This document shows, in pieces, positions 47,735-56,462 of a DNA stretch of 64,000 bases. The DNA is taken from assembly GCA_015075745.1 (NCBI GenBank), contig JABTTW010000002.1:446453-510452 (forward strand), given 5' to 3'. The notes under the pieces are model-generated. The model was not told where the DNA came from and ran no database searches. It was given only the letters and a program-made list of their open reading frames with translations. The stretch's first letter is position 1; every line of letters begins with the position of its first letter. The DNA is from Planctomycetia bacterium (GTDB lineage: Bacteria > Planctomycetota > Phycisphaerae > UBA1845 > UTPLA1). Made by a program: the position numbers and the translations under genes.

Positions 47735-50700
47735 ATGCCCGCAGGTGGTGCTCAGGTTGCGAAGGATGCTCGACATTTGATTCCCCATCGCCGCTGGTTG
47801 CCGCGGTTTCTTGCCGCGCTGGTAACTGCTGCGCTTTGCTCGACATCATTTGCCAATGTGGTCATCACCGAATTGATGTACCACCCGCTCAACGACAACG
47901 AGGCGCAAGAGTTCCTCGAAATTCAAAATACCGGGGCCTCCGCCGTTTCTCTCACCGGTTGGTGCGTCGAGGGCATTGACTACTGTTTCACCGCCGGAAC
48001 GACCATCGCACCGGGCGACTACATGCTCCTCGCGAAGGACGCCGCCCAATTCCAGACCGCCTACGGTTTTCCTCCCGACTTTGTTTACACAGGCCAGCTC
48101 AGTAACAGCGGTGAGCGCATCGCGATCAAGAACGCTTCCGCCGTCGTCCAGGATGAGGTCGAGTACTCCGACGTGGGTTTCTGGCCGACAAAGGCCGATG
48201 GCCAGGGACCATCCCTGGAAAGAATCGATCCGTTGCTCAACGGCAACACCCCGCGCAATTGGCGCGCCTGCATCGCCGGCCCGGGCCACACGGCCAATGC
48301 GGTGAACAGCGTCAACGCCGTCGGGCTTCCCCCGTGGATCAGCGAGATCACTCACACTGCCGATCCGTCCGCCATGGCGACGATCACCGTCACCGCCCGC
48401 ATCGAAGACGCGACAACAAACAGCTTCTACTACAAGATCGGTTTTACCGCCGAGGTCGCCGGCGTTATGTTCGATGACGGCGCGCATGGCGATGGCGCGG
48501 CAGGCGACGGGGTCTTCGGCGCGGAAATCCCCGGCCAGCCCGTTAGCACGCTCATCCGCTACCGGATCACAGCCAGCGGCCCCACCGGCCAGATGAGCTA
48601 CCCGCGCACCGATGACACCATCACCTACGCCGGTCTCATGGTGCAGGACCCCGGCCTCGTCACGGACCTGCCCGTGTTTCACTGGTTCATGGACCCGGCT
48701 GCCTACGCCGCGGCGATCGCCCACAAGCTGACGGATCAACTTGAGCCCGCCGTCTTCGCCTATGACGGCGTCGTCTATGATGGCGTGATGGTGCGCGTGC
48801 GCGGTCAGACATCTCGCCAATGGCCGAAGAATCACTGGAAGTTTTACATGCCGCAGGGGCACGATTTCTTCGCCCCCGGCCTGTTCGCGCTGCCGGTTGA
48901 CCAGTTCAATCTCCAGTGCAATTACTCCGACAAGGCCTACGTCCGCGAGATACTGGCTTACGAATCATTTCGTGACTCCGGCAACCCGTCGAACCAGGTT
49001 TTCCACGTCCGGCTCCAGCAGAACGGCCAGTTCTTCGGTCTGTACAACTTCCTTGAGTCCATGGATGAAGACTACATCGCACGAAACAAACTCGACACGA
49101 ATGCCGCGTGGTACAAGGCCGACGACGATTGCCGTTTTCGGTCGCTGGCTCAGCTTCCAAACGAATATCAGAAGGAACAGCGCCTGACCGAAGACTATTC
49201 CGACCTCTTCGCCCTGCTCGACGGCATCAACAACCTCACCGGCCAGGCAAAGACGGACTTCATTTTTGACAACGTCAACATCCCGGCCATGCTCAATTTC
49301 CTGGCCGCCCAGTGCATCGTTCACAACAACGATCACGTCGCCAAGAACTACTATCTCTACCGCGACACCGAGGGCACCGGTCGCTGGACATGCCAGACCT
49401 GGGACATGGACCTGACCTTCGGAAGGAATTTCGGCGCAGGCGGCGGCGTCCTCAGCGACGGAATCTGGGCAGACGACGACGCGCCCCATCCGAGCAATAC
49501 GCTTGTCTCACCCAGCCATCCGCTCTTCGGCGATACAAACCACCGCAAATGGGACGACCTCTGGAATCGGCTCATCAACGTCGTGCATGCCGATCTTAAC
49601 ATTCGCGCGATGTATCATCGCCGGCTTCGAACACTGGCCGATGAGCTCCTTCAAGCCGGTAGATACGAAGATCGCATCGACGAACTCGTCTCCCACATCG
49701 GCCCCGAGGCCGTTCTGGACGTTGCGAAGTGGGGCCAATATGGCCAATCTCAATCGCTCGCCACGGCCGTCAACATTCTCAAGAACGACTACCTCGCCGT
49801 CCGCAGAATCCACCTGCTCACGAACCATCGTGTCCCCGGCGAGATTCCCGAGGCCCAATCATTTCACCCGAAAATCGTCATCAACGAGCTGATGTATAAC
49901 CCCGCCGTCTCCGGCGATCACGAATTCATTGAGCTGTACAATCCATCTCCGACCGAGGCCGTGGACCTGTCCGGATGGCGGCTCGACGGCGTCGCACTCG
50001 TCATCCCGCCGGGATCGGTCATTCTCCCCAATGGATATATGCTCGTGGTCCGAGGCGACGTTCAGTTCCGCACACAATACGGATCGGGCAAATTCGTAGC
50101 GGCCCAATACTCCGGAAATCTCGACGGCGGAGGAGAGACCCTCACGCTGCGTCACAAGGACGGTACTGTCATCGATACAGTCACTTACGACGACGCGACC
50201 CCCTGGCCGACAAGTCCGGACGGCGGCGGCTACTCCCTGGAGTTGATCGATGCCTCCCAGGACAACGACCGAGTCGGCAACTGGGCGGCCAGCGCTTCTC
50301 CCGGCGGCACGCCCGGGCTGCCCAACAGCATGGCCGGCTTCACGCCGACCGTACCGCCGATTTTCATCAACGAGGCCCTACCGGATAACGAGTCGAAGAA
50401 TCGGGACGAGGCCGGACAGTTCGATCCCTGGGTCGAGCTTTACAACGCCGGAGAGGCGACCGTCGAAATCGGCGGAATGTATCTGACCAATACCTATGGA
50501 AATCCGACCCTTTGGCAGATTCCCCCCGAAACTCAGATTTGCGGCGGAGAGCACCTGCTCATCTGGACGGATGGTTCAGTCGGCGAGGGCCCGCTTCACG
50601 CAAACTTCACGATCGGGTTGACGACCGGCTCGGTTGGTCTTTACTCATCCACCGGGCACATTATCGACTACTTGAACTATGCCAACGTCCCTTCCAACAT

Positions 50701-52783
50701 CTCCTTTGGCCGGCTTCCCGACGGCGGTCATCAGCTGCTCCAATTTGCCATCGTCACGCCGGTCGCCCCGAATGACGGCGACGCAACGCCGATCATCCTG
50801 AATGAATACAACGCCGTCAGACCCACCGGACTCCTCAAGGACAACGGCTCCGACACGTTCTGGGGCCGTGTCCTCGCCAATGGCGGCGATTGGTTTGAAA
50901 TGGTCATCACCCGGGACCACACCGACATCAGAGGATGGCAGTTGGTCGTCAGTGACAACACGGGCATCGGGACGCCGCTGACGCTGACCCTGACCAATGA
51001 CCCGATCTGGTCAGACCTGCGCAGAGGAACCTTGATCACCGTCTCCGAAGACCTCCCCGATGACGTCTCCTACAGTCCGGCCTCGGGCGACTGGTGGATC
51101 AACGTTCGCGCGGCCAACGCCGGGACCGGCACATACATCACGGCCGCCGACTTCGAAGTGTCTCACACCAACTGGCAACTGACCATCAAGGATGAAGTCG
51201 GAGTCACGATGTTCGGTCCGGCCGGCGAGGGAATCGAGCCGGTCAGTGGGATTGGCAACGACGAAGTCTTCAAGCTTGAGCAGGATCCCGGCGCATTTAT
51301 TCACCCCAAGTCCGACTACAACGACGGAACTTCCAGCACTTTTGGTTCCCCAAACATCTATTCCGCCGGCACCGTGACACAGGACTTCACGGTGCTGCGA
51401 GGCAGTTTCATGCCCTGCATGCTTCCCGCCGAATGTGACGACGGCAATCCCTGTACCATCGACGACTGCGTCGACGGCGAATGCGTCAACACGCCAATGT
51501 CACCCTGCGACCAGCTCAGCCTCAACTGGCCGGAGGCAACGGGGCCGGAAATTAAGGCCTGTCCGGGCTCGCAAATCGTCCTGACACTCGATGTCTCCGG
51601 CCTGCACGCGCCCATCAACGGTGTCCAGGCGATTCTGAACTACGACACAAGTCTCCTGAGCCTCGTCAGCATGACGCCCGGAGACGGCGGAGCGTCGCCC
51701 TGGAATTCCGCCGCCGAAGTCTTCGAAGACGACACCGACGGACTGATCAAGTACGCCGTGATTCTCCTCGCGACAAGCTCTCAGGCGGACGCCACGGTGG
51801 CCACGTTGACGTTTGACGTTCTCGCTCCCGGCGGCAACATAAACCCCAGCCGGGTCGCCTTCTCAACGACCTGCCTGCCCGTTCGCAACAAGTTGACGAC
51901 CTTCGATAACCAGACCATCTCCCCTGTCACCATCGATTCCGATCCCATCACCATTGGACCGCGCATCGACGTGGCCCTTCAGATTCAGGGACTCGGCTTC
52001 GAGGTCACGCGGGACGTGACGTTTACGATAACGAACTGCACCCAAGTGCTGCAGGTCATCACCACCCCCGTCACGTTTGGGCCGGGAGGCCTGGCCGAAC
52101 TTGTTCTGACCAATGTCGATCCGACAGCCGAGTGGATTGCCGCGGTCGAAGGACACACGCTTCAGTCCCGATTGCCGATTGCCTTCACCACCTGTTTCGC
52201 AAGTGCCCACTTTGTGGCCTCTGATCAATTGATCTCCGGCGACCTCCGCACCAGTGGAGTGCCGCAGGATAACCTCATCGACATCCTCGACTATGCCATT
52301 CTCGCGGCACGCTGGAATACCATGGTCACCGATTGCCCGATCGGACTTCCCGCGGATTGCGGCTTTGGCGCCGACGTTAATGGTGACGGCCAGCAGGGGA
52401 CCATTGACTTCACGGCGCTTCAGATTAACTTTTTCCTCGCCGGGGATTCGGCCGCCGATTGTCCGCCGCCGACCCCGCCGCCGTCGACCGGCCCCAAGGG
52501 TGGGACGCCGATCGCGGACGCCGGCGTTGCATCGGAGCCGATCCGACCGAGGGGACCGTCGGCCGTACGGACCGGCAAGCGCTCACTGTCCGTGGCGGAG
52601 GCAGTCAGGCTCAATCCCCGCCTGGGTGTTGCCGATCAGGATTCGGACGGCATGATTGACGCGAAAGACGTCCGCGCCTTCGCCGAGAAACACGGGATCG
52701 TGATGCCCCGGGAAGCATGGGATCGCCTGTCCGATGCTGATCAGGGCGTGGGAAGTCCTGCCGTCGAAAACTCGGCTCGATAA
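47735..52783 (+). CDS. Giant secreted modular protein (about 1680 aa): LTD, CotH kinase-like domain, 3 further LTDs, Cys-rich module, cohesin-like module, dockerin-like C-terminal cassette
   Basis: ATG 47735 follows AAGGGAG, and the upstream in-frame extension overlaps the previous gene. Signal LPRFLAALVTAALCSTSFA. LTD motifs VVITELMYHP...EFLEIQNTG..VSLTGWCVEG, IVINELMYNP..EFIELYNPS..VDLSGWRLDG, IFINEALPDN and IILNEYNAV. CotH blocks VRVRGQTSRQWPKNHWKFYMP, NYSDKAYVREILAYESFRDSGNPS and NYYLYRDTEGTGRWTCQTWDMDLTFG. Cohesin block INGVQAILNYDTSLLSLVS. Confidence 0.9.
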   Translation: MPAGGAQVAKDARHLIPHRRWLPRFLAALVTAALCSTSFANVVITELMYHPLNDNEAQEFLEIQNTGASAVSLTGWCVEGIDYCFTAGTTIAPGDYMLLAKDAAQFQTAYGFPPDFVYTGQLSNSGERIAIKNASAVVQDEVEYSDVGFWPTKADGQGPSLERIDPLLNGNTPRNWRACIAGPGHTANAVNSVNAVGLPPWISEITHTADPSAMATITVTARIEDATTNSFYYKIGFTAEVAGVMFDDGAHGDGAAGDGVFGAEIPGQPVSTLIRYRITASGPTGQMSYPRTDDTITYAGLMVQDPGLVTDLPVFHWFMDPAAYAAAIAHKLTDQLEPAVFAYDGVVYDGVMVRVRGQTSRQWPKNHWKFYMPQGHDFFAPGLFALPVDQFNLQCNYSDKAYVREILAYESFRDSGNPSNQVFHVRLQQNGQFFGLYNFLESMDEDYIARNKLDTNAAWYKADDDCRFRSLAQLPNEYQKEQRLTEDYSDLFALLDGINNLTGQAKTDFIFDNVNIPAMLNFLAAQCIVHNNDHVAKNYYLYRDTEGTGRWTCQTWDMDLTFGRNFGAGGGVLSDGIWADDDAPHPSNTLVSPSHPLFGDTNHRKWDDLWNRLINVVHADLNIRAMYHRRLRTLADELLQAGRYEDRIDELVSHIGPEAVLDVAKWGQYGQSQSLATAVNILKNDYLAVRRIHLLTNHRVPGEIPEAQSFHPKIVINELMYNPAVSGDHEFIELYNPSPTEAVDLSGWRLDGVALVIPPGSVILPNGYMLVVRGDVQFRTQYGSGKFVAAQYSGNLDGGGETLTLRHKDGTVIDTVTYDDATPWPTSPDGGGYSLELIDASQDNDRVGNWAASASPGGTPGLPNSMAGFTPTVPPIFINEALPDNESKNRDEAGQFDPWVELYNAGEATVEIGGMYLTNTYGNPTLWQIPPETQICGGEHLLIWTDGSVGEGPLHANFTIGLTTGSVGLYSSTGHIIDYLNYANVPSNISFGRLPDGGHQLLQFAIVTPVAPNDGDATPIILNEYNAVRPTGLLKDNGSDTFWGRVLANGGDWFEMVITRDHTDIRGWQLVVSDNTGIGTPLTLTLTNDPIWSDLRRGTLITVSEDLPDDVSYSPASGDWWINVRAANAGTGTYITAADFEVSHTNWQLTIKDEVGVTMFGPAGEGIEPVSGIGNDEVFKLEQDPGAFIHPKSDYNDGTSSTFGSPNIYSAGTVTQDFTVLRGSFMPCMLPAECDDGNPCTIDDCVDGECVNTPMSPCDQLSLNWPEATGPEIKACPGSQIVLTLDVSGLHAPINGVQAILNYDTSLLSLVSMTPGDGGASPWNSAAEVFEDDTDGLIKYAVILLATSSQADATVATLTFDVLAPGGNINPSRVAFSTTCLPVRNKLTTFDNQTISPVTIDSDPITIGPRIDVALQIQGLGFEVTRDVTFTITNCTQVLQVITTPVTFGPGGLAELVLTNVDPTAEWIAAVEGHTLQSRLPIAFTTCFASAHFVASDQLISGDLRTSGVPQDNLIDILDYAILAARWNTMVTDCPIGLPADCGFGADVNGDGQQGTIDFTALQINFFLAGDSAADCPPPTPPPSTGPKGGTPIADAGVASEPIRPRGPSAVRTGKRSLSVAEAVRLNPRLGVADQDSDGMIDAKDVRAFAEKHGIVMPREAWDRLSDADQGVGSPAVENSAR
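51961..52780 (+). repeat. Paralogous C-terminal cassette, copy 3
   Basis: RIDVALQIQGL...WIAAVEGHTLQSRL...SGDLRTSGVPQDNLIDILDYAILAARWNTMVTDCPIGLPADCGFGADVNGDGQQGTIDFTALQINFF...DQDSDGMIDAKDVRAFAEKHGI. Confidence 0.8.
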
Positions 52784-52926
52784 AGGCGCCATCGCCCGCT
52801 GCCGAGCGGCATTCAGACTCGTAATTCAGGCCCATTTGCACATGGGGTTGCTCGGGGGATCGCGTAAGATTATTCCATAATCGGCGGTCGCCTGTGATAA
52901 CTGCCGCAGGATGGGGGGAGGGGTTT

Positions 52927-54123
52927 GTGAAGCGGTTAACGACAAGGCTATTAGCCCTCGCTGCAGGGCTCGCCGCGACTGCCGGCACGCTCGCACCAGT
53001 ACGCGGCCAGGCCGTGATGACCTGCGAACTGTCGAGCATCACAGCCGTTCCCGGCAGCGAACTGTCGATGCACACGTTACTTCAGAACGCGGCCAACGTC
53101 CGTGGCTATCAGACCAGAATTTCCATCATTCGCCTCAGCGGCGCCGGCACACTCAGCGTTCCCTGCCCCGGCGGAAACGGGGACTCCCACGTCAGCGTTA
53201 ATACGCTTCGGCCCGACTACATCTTTTTCGGCCTCTCCTCGACAAACACGGCGACGAACTGTCCGGGCAAAGCTGCCGGCGCTTTATACAACGCCGGCGG
53301 AGTGACGATCGGCACTACGCCGGCATACCTTTCAACCTATGAATTGGAAGTCTCTCTCGACGCGACTCCAGGCAGCACATTCCAGATTTCAATCGAGCCA
53401 TTTCCGCTGTCCAGCATCTCGTTGATGGGCGGCGGATTTCTTCCCTTCAAGGCGGATTCGCCCTGCATTCTGACCGTCCTGGCTTCAGAGTCGCTGACAT
53501 TCGATCTCGATTTCTGTACCACCTGCGTTCCCACTTCATCGGTCGTTCGCGTGCCGCTGCGTGTTTCAGGCCTCCTGGAGCCCGTCAACGGCGTACAGGC
53601 TCTCTTCAGCTACGATCCTTCGATCCTGACGCTCACCGGCGCCACGGTCGGAGACCAGATGGGCTCGCCCTGGGACACGGCCTCGCTCGTCCATCTAAAC
53701 GGCAACGCGGGTAATGGGGTCATCGCCGTCGGCCTGAACGGCAGTTCCTCGCAGTCCGACGCGACCGTCGCCACCCTGCTTTTTGACGCAATCGGCCCCG
53801 GAGAAACCTCCGTCGATTTCCGCGCCGCTTCGCCCCCGTTCGCAACCAAGATCACCTCGGTGACCAATGAGGTCATCGTCCCGAACGAAATCGACTCGCC
53901 AACCATCGTCTCCGGCGCTCATTCCAAGGGCGACGTCAACGGCGACGGCCAGCGCGACGGCCTCGATGTTCAGCAATTCGTCGACACGATTCTCAATCCG
54001 GGCGCCGCAACAGCAGGCGAGCTCTGTGCCGGCGACTTGAGCGGCGATGGAAGCGTGACCGGAGATCAGGACGTCCCCCTCTTCGTCGATTGTCTCGTCA
54101 ACGAAATCTGCGTTTGCCCATGA
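52927..54123 (+). CDS. Secreted double cohesin-like + compact dockerin-like protein (about 400 aa)
   Basis: GTG 52927 follows a GGGGGGAGGGG run. Signal KRLTTRLLALAAGLAATAGTLAPVRGQA. The first module is paralogous to 43021-43470 (RPDYIFFG...TPAYLSTYELEVSLDATPGSTFQISI). The second is cohesin-like (VNGVQALFSYDPSILTLTG...ATVATLLFDAIGPG). C-terminal dockerin GDVNGDGQRDGLDVQQFVDTIL...GDLSGDGSVTGDQDVPLFVDCLV. Confidence 0.85.
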   Translation: MKRLTTRLLALAAGLAATAGTLAPVRGQAVMTCELSSITAVPGSELSMHTLLQNAANVRGYQTRISIIRLSGAGTLSVPCPGGNGDSHVSVNTLRPDYIFFGLSSTNTATNCPGKAAGALYNAGGVTIGTTPAYLSTYELEVSLDATPGSTFQISIEPFPLSSISLMGGGFLPFKADSPCILTVLASESLTFDLDFCTTCVPTSSVVRVPLRVSGLLEPVNGVQALFSYDPSILTLTGATVGDQMGSPWDTASLVHLNGNAGNGVIAVGLNGSSSQSDATVATLLFDAIGPGETSVDFRAASPPFATKITSVTNEVIVPNEIDSPTIVSGAHSKGDVNGDGQRDGLDVQQFVDTILNPGAATAGELCAGDLSGDGSVTGDQDVPLFVDCLVNEICVCP

Positions 54124-54439
54124 CTTCCCAACGGTGCATGCCCGCCTTCAGGCTGGGCCGCTGCGGCCCCCCTGTGAGCCTCTGACGGCCGTCCGGACAC
54201 AGATCCCCTGTTCACTCCAGGCAGCCACCAGGCTTCCAGGCCGTTCCGCGCTCCACATGACTACGATCATTATGAGACATCGTCGCCGGCGGCGGCCGAA
54301 AATGTCGGCGTCTTTTCCTCGCAGCCGCCGGCGATCGAGATCGTAGAAGATTGCAAGCGCTGATGGATGTTCAAGCCGATCTGAGAAACCAGAGCGGCAT
54401 GGTGAAACGAGCCCAGGCGTCCGTTAACTCAATAGATGC

Positions 54440-55162
54440 ATGATTAAGTCAGTCCGACAACTTGCGATCGCCGGCATCTTCGGCGCGGCGGCCGGTTTCA
54501 TGGTCCTCCGCTTCGGCGGACAGGAAGTGCGCGAACTCAAGGCTCGCGTGGACCTTTTGGAGCAGGAGCGCGCCGAGCTCGTCGAATACGCCCGAAAGCT
54601 CACCGCCTCGCGCCGCATTGCCCAGGTCGACATCCTCGGCCAGTCCGAAATCGCCCCCCAACGGTTCACCACCACCCTTCGCTGGCAGGAGATCGCCGAC
54701 AACGGCGACATCGGCGCGCCCCAGCAATTGGACGTCTTCGGCACCTCGGTCTATTTCGAGGCCATGGTGCTTAAGTTCGAGCACGAAAAGCTCCGCGAAG
54801 GCAGCGCTGGACAATACGCGAGCCTCGCCCTGTTTCGTCGCATGTTCGGCGACCAGCAGGAGCCCGCCAGCGCTCAACAGCTCCCCGCCGCCGCCATCGC
54901 CGGCATGAACGCCGAGGCGTCGTCTCGCGGGCCCGGCGAGCGAATCTTCGACCGCTTCTGGAGCCTGATCGACGACGCCGCTCTTCGAAAGTCCCTCGGC
55001 GTACGCGTGGCCCAGCTCGAGGCCCCTGCCGTGCCAGTCAAGATCGGCCAGCGTTGGCAAATCAGCCTCGACGCCGCCGGTGGGCTGAATCTCACCCTCG
55101 CCGACACGCCCGCCCATTCAAAGTCGCCATTCGGCGTAGAACGCCAGCCACCGATTCACTAG
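54440..55162 (+). CDS. Hypothetical membrane-anchored protein with coiled-coil
   Basis: N-terminal TM LAIAGIFGAAAGFMVL, then VRELKARVDLLEQERAELVEYARKL. No recognisable family. Confidence 0.55.
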   Translation: MIKSVRQLAIAGIFGAAAGFMVLRFGGQEVRELKARVDLLEQERAELVEYARKLTASRRIAQVDILGQSEIAPQRFTTTLRWQEIADNGDIGAPQQLDVFGTSVYFEAMVLKFEHEKLREGSAGQYASLALFRRMFGDQQEPASAQQLPAAAIAGMNAEASSRGPGERIFDRFWSLIDDAALRKSLGVRVAQLEAPAVPVKIGQRWQISLDAAGGLNLTLADTPAHSKSPFGVERQPPIH

Positions 55163-55211
55163 CCATCTCTCGACTCCCCCCATTCCGCCGCCCGTTCCAT
55201 AGAATGACCCC

Positions 55212-56459
55212 ATGCCCGAACCGAGCCTCACCGCTGATCTCGCTGTCGTCGGGGCCGGAGCCGCCGGTCTCGCCGCAGCCATCTTCACGGCACGGCAAGA
55301 CCCCGCCCTTCGCATCGTCGCCCTCGACGGCGCCAAGAAACCCGGCGCGAAGATCCTCGTCAGCGGCGGCGGACGCTGCAACGTCACCAACCGCGAAGTC
55401 CGCGCGGAGGACTTCTGCGGCGGCAGTTCGCACATCATCAAGCGCATCCTGAACGAACTGCCCGTCGCCGAGACGATCGAGTTCTTCCGCGAAATCGGCG
55501 TCGATCTCCACGAAGAGGAATTCGGCAAGCTCTTCCCGGACACCAACAAAGCCCAAACCGTCCTCAGCGCCCTCCTCGCCGAGGCCCGTCGCTTAAACGT
55601 GGACCTGCGCTGCGAATATCGCGTCATCGCCATTGAAAAAACGCCTGACGGCTTCGACATCTCTACCGACCGCGAACAGCTTCGCGCCGAGCGCGTCGTC
55701 CTCGCCACCGGCGGCAAATCGCTCCCCAAAACAGGCAGCGACGGCTTCGGCTACTCCCTGGCGGAAAAGCTCGGCCACACCATCGTGCCGACCACGCCCG
55801 GCCTCGCACCCCTGCTGCTCGACGGCACCTTCCACCAACCGCTCTCCGGCATCGCCCACGACGTGCAACTGACAATCCTCGCCGAAGGCCGCAAGCCCGT
55901 TCGCATTCGCGGCCCCATGCTCTGGACCCACTTCGGCGTCAGCGGTCCGGCAGCCCTCGACTCATCGCGCCACTGGCACCGCGCAAAGATCGAAAACCGC
56001 CCCGTAACTATCAAAGCAAACCTGCTCCCCGACGAAACACTCGATTCGCTCGAAGCGCGCCTCGTGCGCCGCGCGGCAGTTCACCCCCGCCAGCAGATCG
56101 CCGGCGTCGTTGCAGACCTCCTGCCCACACGCCTCGCCGGCGCGATCCTCGACGCCCTGAAAATCAATCATCAAATACAGATGGCCCATTTCAGCCGCAC
56201 CGACCGCCGCAGACTCGCCTCCGCCCTGATCGAATGGCCCATGCCCGTCACCGGCAGTCGCGGATACGCCTACGCCGAAGTGACCGCCGGCGGCGTCAGC
56301 CTGACCGAGATCGACGCGAAGACCATGCAATCGCGCGTCTGCCCCGGGCTCTATCTTGTGGGTGAAATTCTGGACTGCGAAGGGAGACTTGGCGGGTTCA
56401 ACTTTCAATGGGCCTGGTGCACAGGTCGCGTGGCCGCGCGCGGCATCACCGGCCGCTGA
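55212..56459 (+). CDS. HI0933/BaiN-family NAD(P)/FAD-dependent oxidoreductase
   Basis: Dinucleotide fold DLAVVGAGAAGLAAAIF, the family signature KILVSGGGRCNVTN and a C-terminal GEILDCEGRLGGFNFQWAW block. Confidence 0.8.
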   Translation: MPEPSLTADLAVVGAGAAGLAAAIFTARQDPALRIVALDGAKKPGAKILVSGGGRCNVTNREVRAEDFCGGSSHIIKRILNELPVAETIEFFREIGVDLHEEEFGKLFPDTNKAQTVLSALLAEARRLNVDLRCEYRVIAIEKTPDGFDISTDREQLRAERVVLATGGKSLPKTGSDGFGYSLAEKLGHTIVPTTPGLAPLLLDGTFHQPLSGIAHDVQLTILAEGRKPVRIRGPMLWTHFGVSGPAALDSSRHWHRAKIENRPVTIKANLLPDETLDSLEARLVRRAAVHPRQQIAGVVADLLPTRLAGAILDALKINHQIQMAHFSRTDRRRLASALIEWPMPVTGSRGYAYAEVTAGGVSLTEIDAKTMQSRVCPGLYLVGEILDCEGRLGGFNFQWAWCTGRVAARGITGR

Positions 56460-56462
56460 GCG

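Noticed and set aside
35359-54123. Interpreting the locus as a classical cellulosome.
   Set aside because: No glycoside hydrolase, carbohydrate esterase or polysaccharide lyase catalytic motif, and no family-3-type CBM, could be recognised by eye. The beta-helix segment is the only possible exception and cannot be assigned without a profile search. The non-cellulosomal interpretation is kept as a hypothesis.
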